Notes: generated by a model from the letters alone, not told the origin. A stretch of DNA of 59,612 nucleotides from Candidatus Binatia bacterium (GCA_041476145.1 JBGOSW010000002.1:1-59612), one strand, 5' to 3'. Counted from the stretch's first letter, positions 28,425 through 37,233 are shown. Made by a program: numbers and translations.

Positions 28425-28466
28425 TGCGCCCAGGGTGATTCGAACACCCGACCTTTTGATTCGTAG
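28425..28466. repeat. att direct repeat within tRNA-Arg
   Basis: 42/42 identity to 23322-23363. It covers the tRNA from the anticodon loop to the discriminator base. Confidence 0.9.
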
Positions 28467-28498
28467 TCAAACGCTCTATCCAACTGAGCTATGGGCGC
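28425..28498 (-). tRNA. tRNA-Arg (anticodon ACG)
   Basis: 74 nt folded by hand. Acceptor GCGCCCA/TGGGCGC, D-arm AGCTCAGTTGGATAGAGC, anticodon stem TTTGA/TCAAA with loop CTACGAA, T-arm GGGTGTTCGAATCACCC. CCA is not encoded. Confidence 0.9.
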
Positions 28499-28536
28499 GT
28501 GCGAAGCGCTCACCTGTAACAAACCGGGTCGGCAAG

Positions 28537-30114
28537 TCAATCTTCGACGGCGAGGTAGTGCGCCACCTTCGGCGGGTCGCTGCCGCGATGGAGGGCGCGG
28601 ACGCGCTCGCGGACGGCGACGTCGCTCTGCGTCGGGCGTTCGTGTTGGCGGAGATGTTCGACCCACGAATCGACCATGAACACCTCGACGAACGTTTTGG
28701 GATCCTCGGCATCCTCGTAGAGCGACCAGCCGATGGCGCCGTCGCGACGGCGCAAGCGTTCGATATCGCGCATGACGGCGGAAAAGGCGCCGCGATCGGC
28801 GGCGGCGATCTCGTAGCGGACAGTGACCATGACGGGGCCGCGGTCGTGGGGCGTGTCGACGTGCGGCGCGAGGCTGAACTTCGTCGGCGAGAGGTCGAGG
28901 CCGGCGACGTCGGGGAGGCGTAGGCGCGCGAGCGCCGGGAGGGTGACGAGGAGGCCGATCGCGGCGGTGCTGAGCGACCACGGGGTGCCGATGCGCGACG
29001 CGAGGGCGCCCCAGACGGCGCTGCCGGCAGCCATACCGCCGGAAAAGACGAGCAGGTAGACGGCGAGGCCGCGCGCGCGCACCCAACCGGCAACGGCGCC
29101 CTGCGCGACGACGTGGAAGAGTGAGAGCATCGTCAGCCAGCAGACGCCGGCGAGCCACATGGCGACGCAGTCGAGCGCGAAGATCCGACCGTGGGCGACG
29201 ACGAGACAGCAGAGCGCGAAGACGACGGTACCGACGCGCGTGATCTGCTCGAGGTGAAAGCGACGACGCAGCGGCGCCAGCACGGACGCGGCGGTGACGG
29301 CGCCGACGCCGAAGGCGCCGAGGAGCACGCCGTAGCCGGTTGGACCGCGTCCGAGCTCGTGGCGGGCGATGAGGGGCAGCAACGCCATGAGGGCGATCGC
29401 GAAGACGATGAAGCCGCCGGCGCGCAGCATGACGGTGCGGAGCGCCGGCGTGTAGCGCACGTAGCGCAGGCCGCCGCGCATGGCGCCGAGGAGGCGCTCG
29501 GCGGGAAGTGGCGACGTGGGCACGTCGCGTCGCCAGCGGTAGAGCACGAAGACGGTGCCGAGGAACGAGAGGGCGTTCAAGAGGAACGCCGCGCCGGCGC
29601 CGGCGCCGGCGACGACGAGGCCGCCGAGCGCGGGACCGACGGCGCGCGCGATGTTGAAGCCGACGCTGTTGAGGGCGACGGCGGCGGGCATTTCGTCGCG
29701 CGGTACGAGCTCGGCGATGATCGCCTGCCACGCCGGACCGTTCAGCGCGATGCCGAAGCCCATCGCGAAGGTGACCGCGAGGACGATGAGCGGGGTCACG
29801 TGTCCGCCGAGCGTGACGGCGCCGAGGACGGCGGCGGCGGCGAGCATCCACGTTTGCGTGACGATGAGGAGACGGCGCCGGTCGAGAATGTCGGCGAGCG
29901 CGCCGGAGGGTACGGCAAGGAGGAACACCGGCAGGCTCGAGCCGACTTGCACGAGCGTCACCAGGAAGGGCGACGGCGTGAGTGACGTCATGAGCCACGC
30001 GGCGCCGACGTCCTGCATCCAGGTGCCGACGCTCGAAGCGACCGAGGCGATCCAGAGCGCGCGAAAGATGGCGCGGCGAAGCGGCGCCGTGCTCTCACCA
30101 CGCAGGATCGTCAT
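28537..30114 (-). CDS. MFS transporter (MFS_3/EntS-like) fused to a C-terminal ABM/Dabb-like domain
   Basis: About 12 TM helices (LADILDRRRLL motif). A soluble tail of about 100 aa follows (VMVTVRYEI...FVEVFMVDSWVEHLRQHER) resembling antibiotic-biosynthesis-monooxygenase folds. Confidence 0.8.
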   Translation of the reverse strand: MTILRGESTAPLRRAIFRALWIASVASSVGTWMQDVGAAWLMTSLTPSPFLVTLVQVGSSLPVFLLAVPSGALADILDRRRLLIVTQTWMLAAAAVLGAVTLGGHVTPLIVLAVTFAMGFGIALNGPAWQAIIAELVPRDEMPAAVALNSVGFNIARAVGPALGGLVVAGAGAGAAFLLNALSFLGTVFVLYRWRRDVPTSPLPAERLLGAMRGGLRYVRYTPALRTVMLRAGGFIVFAIALMALLPLIARHELGRGPTGYGVLLGAFGVGAVTAASVLAPLRRRFHLEQITRVGTVVFALCCLVVAHGRIFALDCVAMWLAGVCWLTMLSLFHVVAQGAVAGWVRARGLAVYLLVFSGGMAAGSAVWGALASRIGTPWSLSTAAIGLLVTLPALARLRLPDVAGLDLSPTKFSLAPHVDTPHDRGPVMVTVRYEIAAADRGAFSAVMRDIERLRRRDGAIGWSLYEDAEDPKTFVEVFMVDSWVEHLRQHERPTQSDVAVRERVRALHRGSDPPKVAHYLAVED

Positions 30115-30134
30115 TGTGCCAGGCGAGACGGGAG

Positions 30135-30223
30135 CGGAGAGGGAGGGATTCGAACCCTCGGTAGAGTGTTACCCCTACACACGCTTAGCAGGCGTGCGCC
30201 TTCGACCACTCGGCCACCTCTCC
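30135..30223 (-). tRNA. tRNA-Ser (anticodon GCT)
   Basis: 89 nt. Acceptor GGAGAGG/CCTCTCC, anticodon stem CACGC/GCGTG with loop CTGCTAA, long variable arm, T-arm GAGGGTTCGAATCCCTC. Confidence 0.85.
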
Positions 30224-30343
30224 GGCGCCTGTCGACAGTGCCGTTTACCCCACCGCCCCGCGACGCGCCAGAGACCTCGTGTTCCTTGACAAGGAATGGG
30301 ACGGCCTCTAAGCACCAGCGCGATCAGGCAGGAGGAGGGTTCA

Positions 30344-31108
30344 ATGGATGTGATGAATTTGGTCGACTCGCTGTTTCGCTGGCTCCACGTCTTCTTCGGC
30401 ATCCTCTGGATCGGCCTGCTGTACTTCTTCAACTGGGTGAACGGACCCTTCGCCGCGACGATGGACGCGGAGACGAAGAAGAAGGTCGTCCCGGAGCTGA
30501 TGCCGCGCGCGCTGTTCTGGTTTCGCTGGGGCGCGGCGTTCACCTGGATCACCGGCGTGTTCCTGCTGCTGCTCGTCTATTATCACATGGGCGCGGCGTT
30601 CCCGGGCGGTGTCCGCCATTGGACGGGGCCGATACTCCTCATGGTCGCGCTCGTCTTCATCGCCCCCTTCATCTACGACGCGCTCTACAAGGGGCCGCTG
30701 AAAGACCCGTCGACGGGCTTCTGGGCCGGGCTCGGCCTCGTCTTCGTGGTGCTCCTCCTCTTCGATCGCTGGGCGGGCTTCAGCTTCCGCGGCACGGCGA
30801 TTCACCTCGGCTCGCTGTTGGGCACGACGATGGCCTTCAACGTGTGGTTCCGCATCTGGCCGTCGCAGCGCACGATCATCACCGCCGTCAAGAACGGGCA
30901 GGCACCGGATGCGGCGATCGTCGCGCTCGCCGGGACACGCTCGAAGCACAACACCTACATGTCGGTGCCGCTGGTGTTCACGATGATCAGCCAGCACGCG
31001 ACGTGGGCGGCGACGGCGACGCCGATCTCGCTGACGATCGTCGTCTTGGTCGGCTGGGGGCTCGTGTCGCACGTCTACGAGCGCGCCAAGAACGTCAAAG
31101 GCTTCTGA
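30344..31108 (+). CDS. polytopic membrane protein (PuuD/urate-oxidase N-terminal-like family)
   Basis: ATG at 30344 behind AGGAGGAG. Motif LHVFFGILWIGLLYFFNWV and about 6 TM helices. The family call is tentative. Confidence 0.6.
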   Translation: MDVMNLVDSLFRWLHVFFGILWIGLLYFFNWVNGPFAATMDAETKKKVVPELMPRALFWFRWGAAFTWITGVFLLLLVYYHMGAAFPGGVRHWTGPILLMVALVFIAPFIYDALYKGPLKDPSTGFWAGLGLVFVVLLLFDRWAGFSFRGTAIHLGSLLGTTMAFNVWFRIWPSQRTIITAVKNGQAPDAAIVALAGTRSKHNTYMSVPLVFTMISQHATWAATATPISLTIVVLVGWGLVSHVYERAKNVKGF

Positions 31109-31119
31109 AGCACGGGCGC

Positions 31120-31146
31120 GGCGCCGCCGGGAGCACCGGCGGCGCC
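31120..31146. terminator. GC-rich hairpin between convergent genes
   Basis: Perfect 11-bp stem GGCGCCGCCGG / CCGGCGGCGCC with a 5-nt loop. There is no U-tract, so termination activity is uncertain. Confidence 0.3.
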
Positions 31147-31196
31147 GTCGCCGGCCCTCCCCTATCGCCGGCCGCGGAGTCGACTCGGTCGCCGAC

Positions 31197-31934
31197 TCAG
31201 CCGCCGCCGAACGTGAAGCTGACCGTCGTCGTCTCCTTCGGCGCCAGCGTGACGGTCGCGGTGCGGGTGCCGAAGCGCTCGTGCCAGACCTCGACGACGT
31301 AGGTCCCGGGCGGCACGTCGCGTAGCGCGAACTGACCGTCCGCGTCCGTCACCACGAAGTACGGGTGGTCGTAGACGCCCAGGTACGCCTGCATCCACGG
31401 ATGGATGTCGCACGTGATGGGAATGACGGGCTGCGCCGCGTCGACCGCGAGCACGCGTGTCGCGCCCTTGAGGCCGAGGCTGAAGTTCCAGCCCGACGAC
31501 TTGGCGGGTGCGCCGTGGACGTTGTGCGCGAGCGCGTCGCTGTTGCGGAACTCGATCGGCTGATCGACCTGCGCGGCCGCGACGCGCGGCACGAAGAGGC
31601 AGCCGCGCTGGTCGACGACGACCGGCGTCTGCGGCACCGCGAAGACGCGATCGCCGAGGCCGTCCTTGATCGCGACGATCGCGTTCTGCACCTTGCCGTC
31701 TCGCACCAAGACGTCGCCGGCATCGATCGCACCGGCGTGCTGCGCGCCGCATTCTTTGGCGCTCGCCATCGCGACGACGCTCGGCGCCGGCGGCGTGCCC
31801 GCGAAGCGCACCTCGCCCGCGATCACGCCGACGGTCGCATGATCGAGCGGCGTCGGAGGGCGCCGCTCCGTCTCGTGCCGACACGCCGCGACGGCGATCA
31901 GCAGCGCCACTGCCCCCTGAATCGGTTTCGTCAT
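31197..31934 (-). CDS. lipoprotein, amicyanin-like cupredoxin + CarboxypepD_reg-like domain
   Basis: Lipobox LIAVAAC. Candidate Cu ligands HNVHG ... CDIHPWM. C-terminal motif DADGQFALRDVPPGTYVVEVW. Paralogue of 31950-32765 and 20654-21367. Confidence 0.75.
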   Translation of the reverse strand: MTKPIQGAVALLIAVAACRHETERRPPTPLDHATVGVIAGEVRFAGTPPAPSVVAMASAKECGAQHAGAIDAGDVLVRDGKVQNAIVAIKDGLGDRVFAVPQTPVVVDQRGCLFVPRVAAAQVDQPIEFRNSDALAHNVHGAPAKSSGWNFSLGLKGATRVLAVDAAQPVIPITCDIHPWMQAYLGVYDHPYFVVTDADGQFALRDVPPGTYVVEVWHERFGTRTATVTLAPKETTTVSFTFGGG

Positions 31935-31949
31935 AGTGTGCACCCCGGG

Positions 31950-32765
31950 ATGTCGTCTCGCTCGCTCGCTCCGCGTCGCACAGTGCCAGAGACCACGAGG
32001 CAATCAAGAGCGCGTCCCGACGCGCTCGCGCTCCTCGTCCTGGCGACGGTGATCGTCGCCGGCGGGTGCGAGCGCGCGCCCGGTTCGACGCCGCGCCCGT
32101 CCCGCACACCGACACCGCTCGACGCGGCGACGACGGGCGCGATCACCGGCCACGTCCGTTTCGCCGGCGACGCGCCCGCGCCGCGCCGCGTGGAGGTCGC
32201 GAGCGATCCCACCTGCGCCGCGGCGCATCCCGGCGGGCTCACCCTCGAGGAGGTCCGGACCGACGCGGGCATGCTCGCCGACGCGTTCGTATACGTCGCG
32301 CACGGCCTCGAGGACCGCGTGTTCGCGGTGCCGGAGACGGCGGTCGTCGTCGACCAGCGCGGCTGCCTCTACGTCCCGCGCGTCGTCGGCGCGCAGGTCG
32401 GCCAGCCGATCGAGTTCGTGAACAGCGACGACACGCTCCACAACGTCCACGGCACGCCCGTGAAGTCGTCGGCCTGGAACTTCGGCCTCGGATTCCAGGG
32501 CGCGCACCGCGCGATCGCGGTCGACCGTCCCGAAGTGCCGGTCGCCGTGCAATGCGACGTCCATCCGTGGATGCACGCCGCGCTCGGCGTCGTCGATCAT
32601 CCCTACTTCGCGGTGACGGGTCGGGACGGCGCGTTCACGCTCGCCCACGTGCCGGCGGGGCACTACGTCGTCGCCGCCTGGCATTCGCGCCTCGGCAGCC
32701 GCGAACAGGCCGTCGACGTCCTCGCCGGCGGCACCGCGACGATCGAGCTCGTCCTCACCCCGTGA
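31950..32765 (+). CDS. lipoprotein, amicyanin-like cupredoxin + CarboxypepD_reg-like domain (paralogue)
   Basis: Lipobox IVAGGC. HNVHG ... CDVHPWM. GRDGAFTLAHVPAGHYVVAAW. The upstream 195 aa of ORF 31365-32765 are antisense to the paralogue and are discounted. Confidence 0.7.
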   Translation: MSSRSLAPRRTVPETTRQSRARPDALALLVLATVIVAGGCERAPGSTPRPSRTPTPLDAATTGAITGHVRFAGDAPAPRRVEVASDPTCAAAHPGGLTLEEVRTDAGMLADAFVYVAHGLEDRVFAVPETAVVVDQRGCLYVPRVVGAQVGQPIEFVNSDDTLHNVHGTPVKSSAWNFGLGFQGAHRAIAVDRPEVPVAVQCDVHPWMHAALGVVDHPYFAVTGRDGAFTLAHVPAGHYVVAAWHSRLGSREQAVDVLAGGTATIELVLTP

Positions 32766-33687
32766 CGCGGCCGAGCGCGCCGGCGGCGAGCATCGTTGCG
32801 AGCTCCTTCGCGTTCTGCACGGCGTAGTGATTGCGGCAGTTGTTCATGAGGACGAGCACGCGGCGCGTCCGTCCGGCGAGGCGTTCGATGCGCGGCTGCC
32901 ATTCGCGCAGCTCGTCCGGCGTGTACCGGTAGCCGAACTTCTCGACGACGCTCACGCCGGGACGGTTCCAGGCGTCGACGTTGCGGCCGTGGAAGCGGAC
33001 GACGGCGAGCGCGTCGCTCGTCGCCTCCGCGATCGGCGGCACGCTCGCCGGCGTGCCCTGCGGCTCGTCGACGGACACGTACGCGAGCCCACGCGCGCGC
33101 AGGAAGTCGAACGTGCGCGCGGCCCGCTCGGCCGCGAGCCAACTCGGGTCGCGGAACTCGATCGCGAGCGGGTACGGCAACCGCTCGCGGCAGGATTCGA
33201 GGTAGGCGATGCTCGTCGGCGAGCGCGGAAACCACTTCGGGAATTGCAGCAACACGTATCCGAGGAGGCCGGCCTCGTGGAGCGGCGCCAGCGCCAGGAC
33301 GAAACGCCGCCAGATCTCGGCGTCGACCTCGGACGGAAGCTCGCGCGCATAGAGACGCGGTTGGCGGCCGAGCGCAGCGCCGAGCGCGGCGCGAAGATCG
33401 GGTGGCAGCCGCGCCGGGACGAAGGGGTGCTGGGTGAGCGCCGCGAACGCCTTCACGCCGAACACGAAATCGGCGGGCACGCGCTCGACCCACGCCTTCG
33501 CCACGCGCTCGGCGGGCAGCGCATAGAAGGTGGAGTCGACCTCGACCACGGGGAAGTGCCGGGCGTAGTAGCGCAGACGATCGGCGGCTGTGGTGACGTT
33601 CGGCGGATAGAAGGCGCCGCTCTCGAGGAGGGTGCGCTCGGTCCAGGACGCGGTGCCGACGCGGACGTTGGCGATGCACGCCGGCAT
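32755..33687 (-). CDS. DUF72 (YecE/UPF0759) family protein
   Basis: Motifs VGTASWT...FYP, FPVVEVDSTFYALP, FEFRDPSW-like (AIEFRDPSW), RFHGRN. Confidence 0.8.
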   Translation of the reverse strand: MPACIANVRVGTASWTERTLLESGAFYPPNVTTAADRLRYYARHFPVVEVDSTFYALPAERVAKAWVERVPADFVFGVKAFAALTQHPFVPARLPPDLRAALGAALGRQPRLYARELPSEVDAEIWRRFVLALAPLHEAGLLGYVLLQFPKWFPRSPTSIAYLESCRERLPYPLAIEFRDPSWLAAERAARTFDFLRARGLAYVSVDEPQGTPASVPPIAEATSDALAVVRFHGRNVDAWNRPGVSVVEKFGYRYTPDELREWQPRIERLAGRTRRVLVLMNNCRNHYAVQNAKELATMLAAGALGRVTG

Positions 33688-33867
33688 GGGGCCGATGCGG
33701 AGCGCGGCGAGCGGGGGATCGACGTACACCACGCGACCACTGTGCGCGCCGCCGTCGGCGCCGCGCAATCGGCTGCATCGCCTTGACGTCGGCTCCCGAG
33801 CCTCCTATGCTCACCCGTTCGCCGCGCGTGCAGCGCCGCGATGTGTCCCCGGAGGTGAAGACGTCCG

Positions 33868-34221
33868 ATGCGGCATCAAGATCTCGAGACCAACGCCCAC
33901 AACGAACTGCGAAAGATCATCCGTTCGATCGACAAGAAGGTCCAGCTCCAGGTGCAGGACGGACCCTCGCCGCAGGATCCCCTGCTGAACATTCAGCTCG
34001 TGCAGGGGGCGTTGCAGGCGACGATGGAAATATCGGTCGAGGAGGTTCGGCGCGCGCTCGACAACGCACGCGACCGCTCGCGGCTACGTGAGCGCTTGAA
34101 GCGCACCCACGAACGCCTGTGGTTCCCGTCGAAGCCGCCGCCGTTCTTCAGCACCAAAGCGATCCGACCCGGCAGCGAGAGCTTCGCGCACTTCCGCCCA
34201 TCCGGCGGCGGACGCCGCTGA
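33868..34221 (+). CDS. hypothetical protein
   Basis: 117-aa ORF with reasonable codon bias and no competing ORF. No motif recognised. Confidence 0.35.
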   Translation: MRHQDLETNAHNELRKIIRSIDKKVQLQVQDGPSPQDPLLNIQLVQGALQATMEISVEEVRRALDNARDRSRLRERLKRTHERLWFPSKPPPFFSTKAIRPGSESFAHFRPSGGGRR

Positions 34222-34289
34222 TCGCGCGCGACGCGCGCAACGCCGCCGCGAGCACGGCTCGCCCGACGTGCGCGGCCGGGTGTGGCCGG

Positions 34290-34499
34290 TCAGCCCTCTG
34301 ATGGCGTGTTGAGCTGCGGGCCGCGTACCCCACCCTCGGTCGCGAGATCGTAGAGCGCCTTCCGCGCCAAGCGTGTTGGGCTGTTGTGACCGTTCTCCCA
34401 GCGGTTCACGGTCGCGACGGTGATCCCGAGGCGATGCGCGAACTCTTCCTGGGTCATGCCGAGATTACGACGCAGACTGCGGATGTTGTCGGCTTCCAT
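34290..34499 (-). CDS. XRE-family helix-turn-helix transcriptional regulator (69 aa)
   Basis: ATG at 34497-34499 behind GAGGAG. HTH LGMTQEEFAHRLGITVATVNRWENG. Confidence 0.75.
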   Translation of the reverse strand: MEADNIRSLRRNLGMTQEEFAHRLGITVATVNRWENGHNSPTRLARKALYDLATEGGVRGPQLNTPSEG

Positions 34500-34729
34500 G
34501 GACACTCCTCGCTGAATGGCGCGGGACATCCGCGCTGGCCTGGACGTAAGCAACTGATATGCCACCTTGCACGAGTGAATTTCCCTGGCGAAGTGGACCT
34601 CGCGCGCGCCGATCCATGTCAGGAAAGCGGCACAGTGAACATCCGCGTAACGCCCGTCGCTCCGGAGCACATGCCTGTACGGCCGCGCCGGCGTACGATA
34701 GGGACGAGATCTTTGGAGGTCTGACGAGA

Positions 34730-35251
34730 ATGCGACACTTGGCAATCGTTGCAGGATTCCTGATCCCGTTTGCGAGTGCGGCGCAGGCGGCCGACCGGCC
34801 GCACTGTGCGGAGGTACAGCGTACCGTGCAGGCGGAGATCGACGTCGCCTGCCCGTGCGCGACGGCGCAAAGCCGCGCCGCACACGTCCATTGCGTCGGC
34901 GACAAGCTCCGCGCGCTGAGCGGCTGTCACAAGGGCGCGGACGGCACGCAGGTGTGCGGTTCGGTGCCGCGCGCCTGCGCCGCCAATCTGCGGCGCGAGG
35001 CCGCCCGTTCGACCTGCGGCGAGCCGAACGCCGTCACCTGCTGCCTCCCCCGCCAGCACGACTGTCTGAACGATCCCGCGCCCGGGGACGGCAAGAAAGA
35101 AGGGACGTGCAGCCGCTCGCAGAAGCCCTGCGACAGCCTAGCCGATTGCCGGATCCCGGCCTGCCGGAAAGCCGCAACCGCGGACCACTGCACGCGCGTC
35201 GGGGGTACCGTCGGCAGCGGTAGCGATTGCAACACCGCCTGCCCGCCCTGA
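34730..35251 (+). CDS. secreted cysteine-rich protein
   Basis: ATG at 34730 behind GGAGGT. Signal peptide MRHLAIVAGFLIPFASAAQA. About 19 Cys in 150 mature residues. Confidence 0.6.
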   Translation: MRHLAIVAGFLIPFASAAQAADRPHCAEVQRTVQAEIDVACPCATAQSRAAHVHCVGDKLRALSGCHKGADGTQVCGSVPRACAANLRREAARSTCGEPNAVTCCLPRQHDCLNDPAPGDGKKEGTCSRSQKPCDSLADCRIPACRKAATADHCTRVGGTVGSGSDCNTACPP

Positions 35252-35336
35252 CCGGTCACCCTCTCAAGTTCTCGGCGTAACGGACCGAAAACCCTACCGA
35301 CGGTGAGCGGCGGGAGAGCTGCGCCCCGTCGCGACC

Positions 35337-36212
35337 ATGTTCACCATCATCGGCATCGCCGTCGTACTGGGTGGAGTAGTCGGGGGCTACCTGATGGAAA
35401 ACGGCCCCCTGCACGTCCTCATCCAGCCGGCCGAGCTGATCATCATCTTCGGCGCCGCGATCGGCTCGCTGCTCGTGTCCGCGCCGGGCAAGGTCCTCGG
35501 ACAGGTCTTCAAGGCGATGGCGAGCTCCTTCACGAGCTCGAGCCCGACGAAAGCCGACTACATCGAGCTGCTGACGCTCCAATACGAAGTGTACCAGTTC
35601 CTCCGGAAGAACGGCGCCGTCGCGCTCGACGAGCACGTTCAGGAGGTGGAAAAGAGCGCGATCTTCTCGAAGTATCCCGGCTTCCTGAAGCGCCACCACG
35701 CAGTCGACTTCTTCCGTGACGCGCTCAAGCAGGTCGTGAACGGCACCGCCAGCGCCGAGGAGCTCGACGTCCTCCTCGACTCCGAGCTCGACACCCATCA
35801 CGAGGAGGTGACGATCCCCGTCGGGTTGATCCAGAAGACCGGCGACGCGCTGCCCGGGCTCGGGATCGTTGCCGCGGTGCTCGGCATCATCATCACCATG
35901 GGCTCGCTCGACGCCGGGCCCGAGGAGATCGGCCACAAGATCGGCGCCGCGCTCGTCGGAACGTTCCTCGGCGTGCTGATGTCGTACGGGATGTTGAATC
36001 CGATCGCGACCAACGTCGAGATCCAGGGCGCCGCCTCGACGCGCTACCTGCGCTGTATCAAAGAGGGCATGATCCCGGCGGTGCGTGGCGCGTCGCCGAT
36101 CGTCGCCGTCGAGTTCGCGCGCAAGGCGATCTTCGGCACCGTGCGACCCTCGAGTGACGAGACCGACGAGGCGATCAAGAGCGCCAAAGCCGCGGTCGCG
36201 GTCGCGGCCTGA
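35337..36212 (+). CDS. motA: MotA-type proton-channel stator protein
   Basis: 291 aa. Four TM helices with a large cytoplasmic loop. Conserved GDALPGLGIVAAVLGII and ALVGTFLGVL segments. Confidence 0.85.
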   Translation: MFTIIGIAVVLGGVVGGYLMENGPLHVLIQPAELIIIFGAAIGSLLVSAPGKVLGQVFKAMASSFTSSSPTKADYIELLTLQYEVYQFLRKNGAVALDEHVQEVEKSAIFSKYPGFLKRHHAVDFFRDALKQVVNGTASAEELDVLLDSELDTHHEEVTIPVGLIQKTGDALPGLGIVAAVLGIIITMGSLDAGPEEIGHKIGAALVGTFLGVLMSYGMLNPIATNVEIQGAASTRYLRCIKEGMIPAVRGASPIVAVEFARKAIFGTVRPSSDETDEAIKSAKAAVAVAA

Positions 36213-36221
36213 GGAGTCGCG

Positions 36222-37148
36222 ATGTCGGCAAGCGCGAAGCCGCAGGTCATCATCAAGATCAAGCGCAAGGCGGGGCACGGCGGCGGCCATCACGGTGGCG
36301 CCTGGAAGGTGGCGTACGCCGACTTCATCACCTGCATGTTCGCGCTCTTCATGGTGCTCTGGCTGCTCACGCAGGCGGACCTCCAGCTGCGACAGGACAT
36401 CGCGCGCTACTTCCGCAACTCGAGCGTGCTGCCCGGCGGCTCGCTCATCGGCAGCTCGACGCAAGCGGCGAAGACCGACAAGTCGCACCCGCTCGACGCG
36501 TCGCTCTCGGTGGTGCAAGGCAAGGGCGAGGACCTCGAGGCGCTCCGCGGTCACGCCAAGGAGATTCAACGGGCCCTCGAGCAGAATCCAGGTCTCGCGG
36601 CGATCCGCGACAACGTCCGCATGCAGGTGACGGAGGAGGGCCTCGAGATCCAGGTCATCGACTCCGGCGCCGAGGGTCGCAAGGATCTCCTCTTCGATAT
36701 CAACAGCGCGGGATTGAAGCCCGCCTTGGTCACGCTCCTCGGCGAGATCGCGAGTGAGCTCGGCAAGCTGCCGAACCGCATCGAGATCGGCGGCCACACC
36801 GACGCGCGACCGTTCGCGCCGGGCGCGCAGCAGAGCAACTGGGACCTGTCCTACGCGCGCGCCAACGCCGCCCGTCAGATCATGGAAGGGCGCGGGCTCT
36901 ATCCACACCAAGTGCTGCGGGTCACCGCCTACGCCGACACCAAGCTGCTCAACCCCGACGATCCCCTTGCCGACGAGAACCGCCGCCTGAGCGTGCTCGC
37001 ACGGCGCGACCAGCCGACGCATGCCGCCAAGACCACCGGTGCCGCCACCGGTGGTGCCATCACCGGTGGTGCCGCTCCCGGCGCCGCCCCCGCTGCCGAG
37101 CGGCTGCCGCCCCCCTTCGTCGTCCCCGGCGTCCCACCGATCGGCTGA
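36222..37148 (+). CDS. motB: MotB-type stator protein with OmpA-like peptidoglycan-binding domain
   Basis: N-terminus GAWKVAYADFITCMFALFMVLWLL (plug/TM with Asp). OmpA-like motifs GHTDARP...NWDLSYARANAA...NRRLSV. It starts 10 nt after motA. Confidence 0.85.
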   Translation: MSASAKPQVIIKIKRKAGHGGGHHGGAWKVAYADFITCMFALFMVLWLLTQADLQLRQDIARYFRNSSVLPGGSLIGSSTQAAKTDKSHPLDASLSVVQGKGEDLEALRGHAKEIQRALEQNPGLAAIRDNVRMQVTEEGLEIQVIDSGAEGRKDLLFDINSAGLKPALVTLLGEIASELGKLPNRIEIGGHTDARPFAPGAQQSNWDLSYARANAARQIMEGRGLYPHQVLRVTAYADTKLLNPDDPLADENRRLSVLARRDQPTHAAKTTGAATGGAITGGAAPGAAPAAERLPPPFVVPGVPPIG

Positions 37149-37233
37149 ACGACGTCCGGCCTCGCCGGCGCTGGTGCTTCCCATCGCGGAGCCGCCGTTC
37201 TTGCGCTAGCGTTCGGGTCTTTCGCTCGCTCGG

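Larger units (their letters stand above)
23322..28466. mobile_element. small tRNA-Arg-integrated element (integrase, RHH, cargo, packaging-like genes) bounded by 42-bp direct repeats
   Basis: Identical 42-mers tgcgcccagggtgattcgaacacccgaccttttgattcgtag occur at 23322-23363 and 28425-28466. The second is the 3' part of an intact tRNA-Arg. The integrase gene abuts the first. Confidence 0.8.

Noticed and set aside
28403-29998. 531-aa minus-strand ORF
   Set aside because: It is an alternative frame of the MFS transporter gene and runs through the tRNA-Arg gene. It is Arg/Pro-rich with no hydrophobic helices.
31365-31949. N-terminal extension of ORF 31365-32765
   Set aside because: It is antisense to the paralogous cupredoxin gene. 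The credible protein starts with a lipoprotein signal at 31950.
35337-37148. MotAB pair as ZorAB of a Zorya anti-phage system
   Set aside because: MotA here is 291 aa, without the long C-terminal tail of ZorA. No ZorC/ZorD-like (or ZorE) genes follow; the downstream gene is a BNR propeller.
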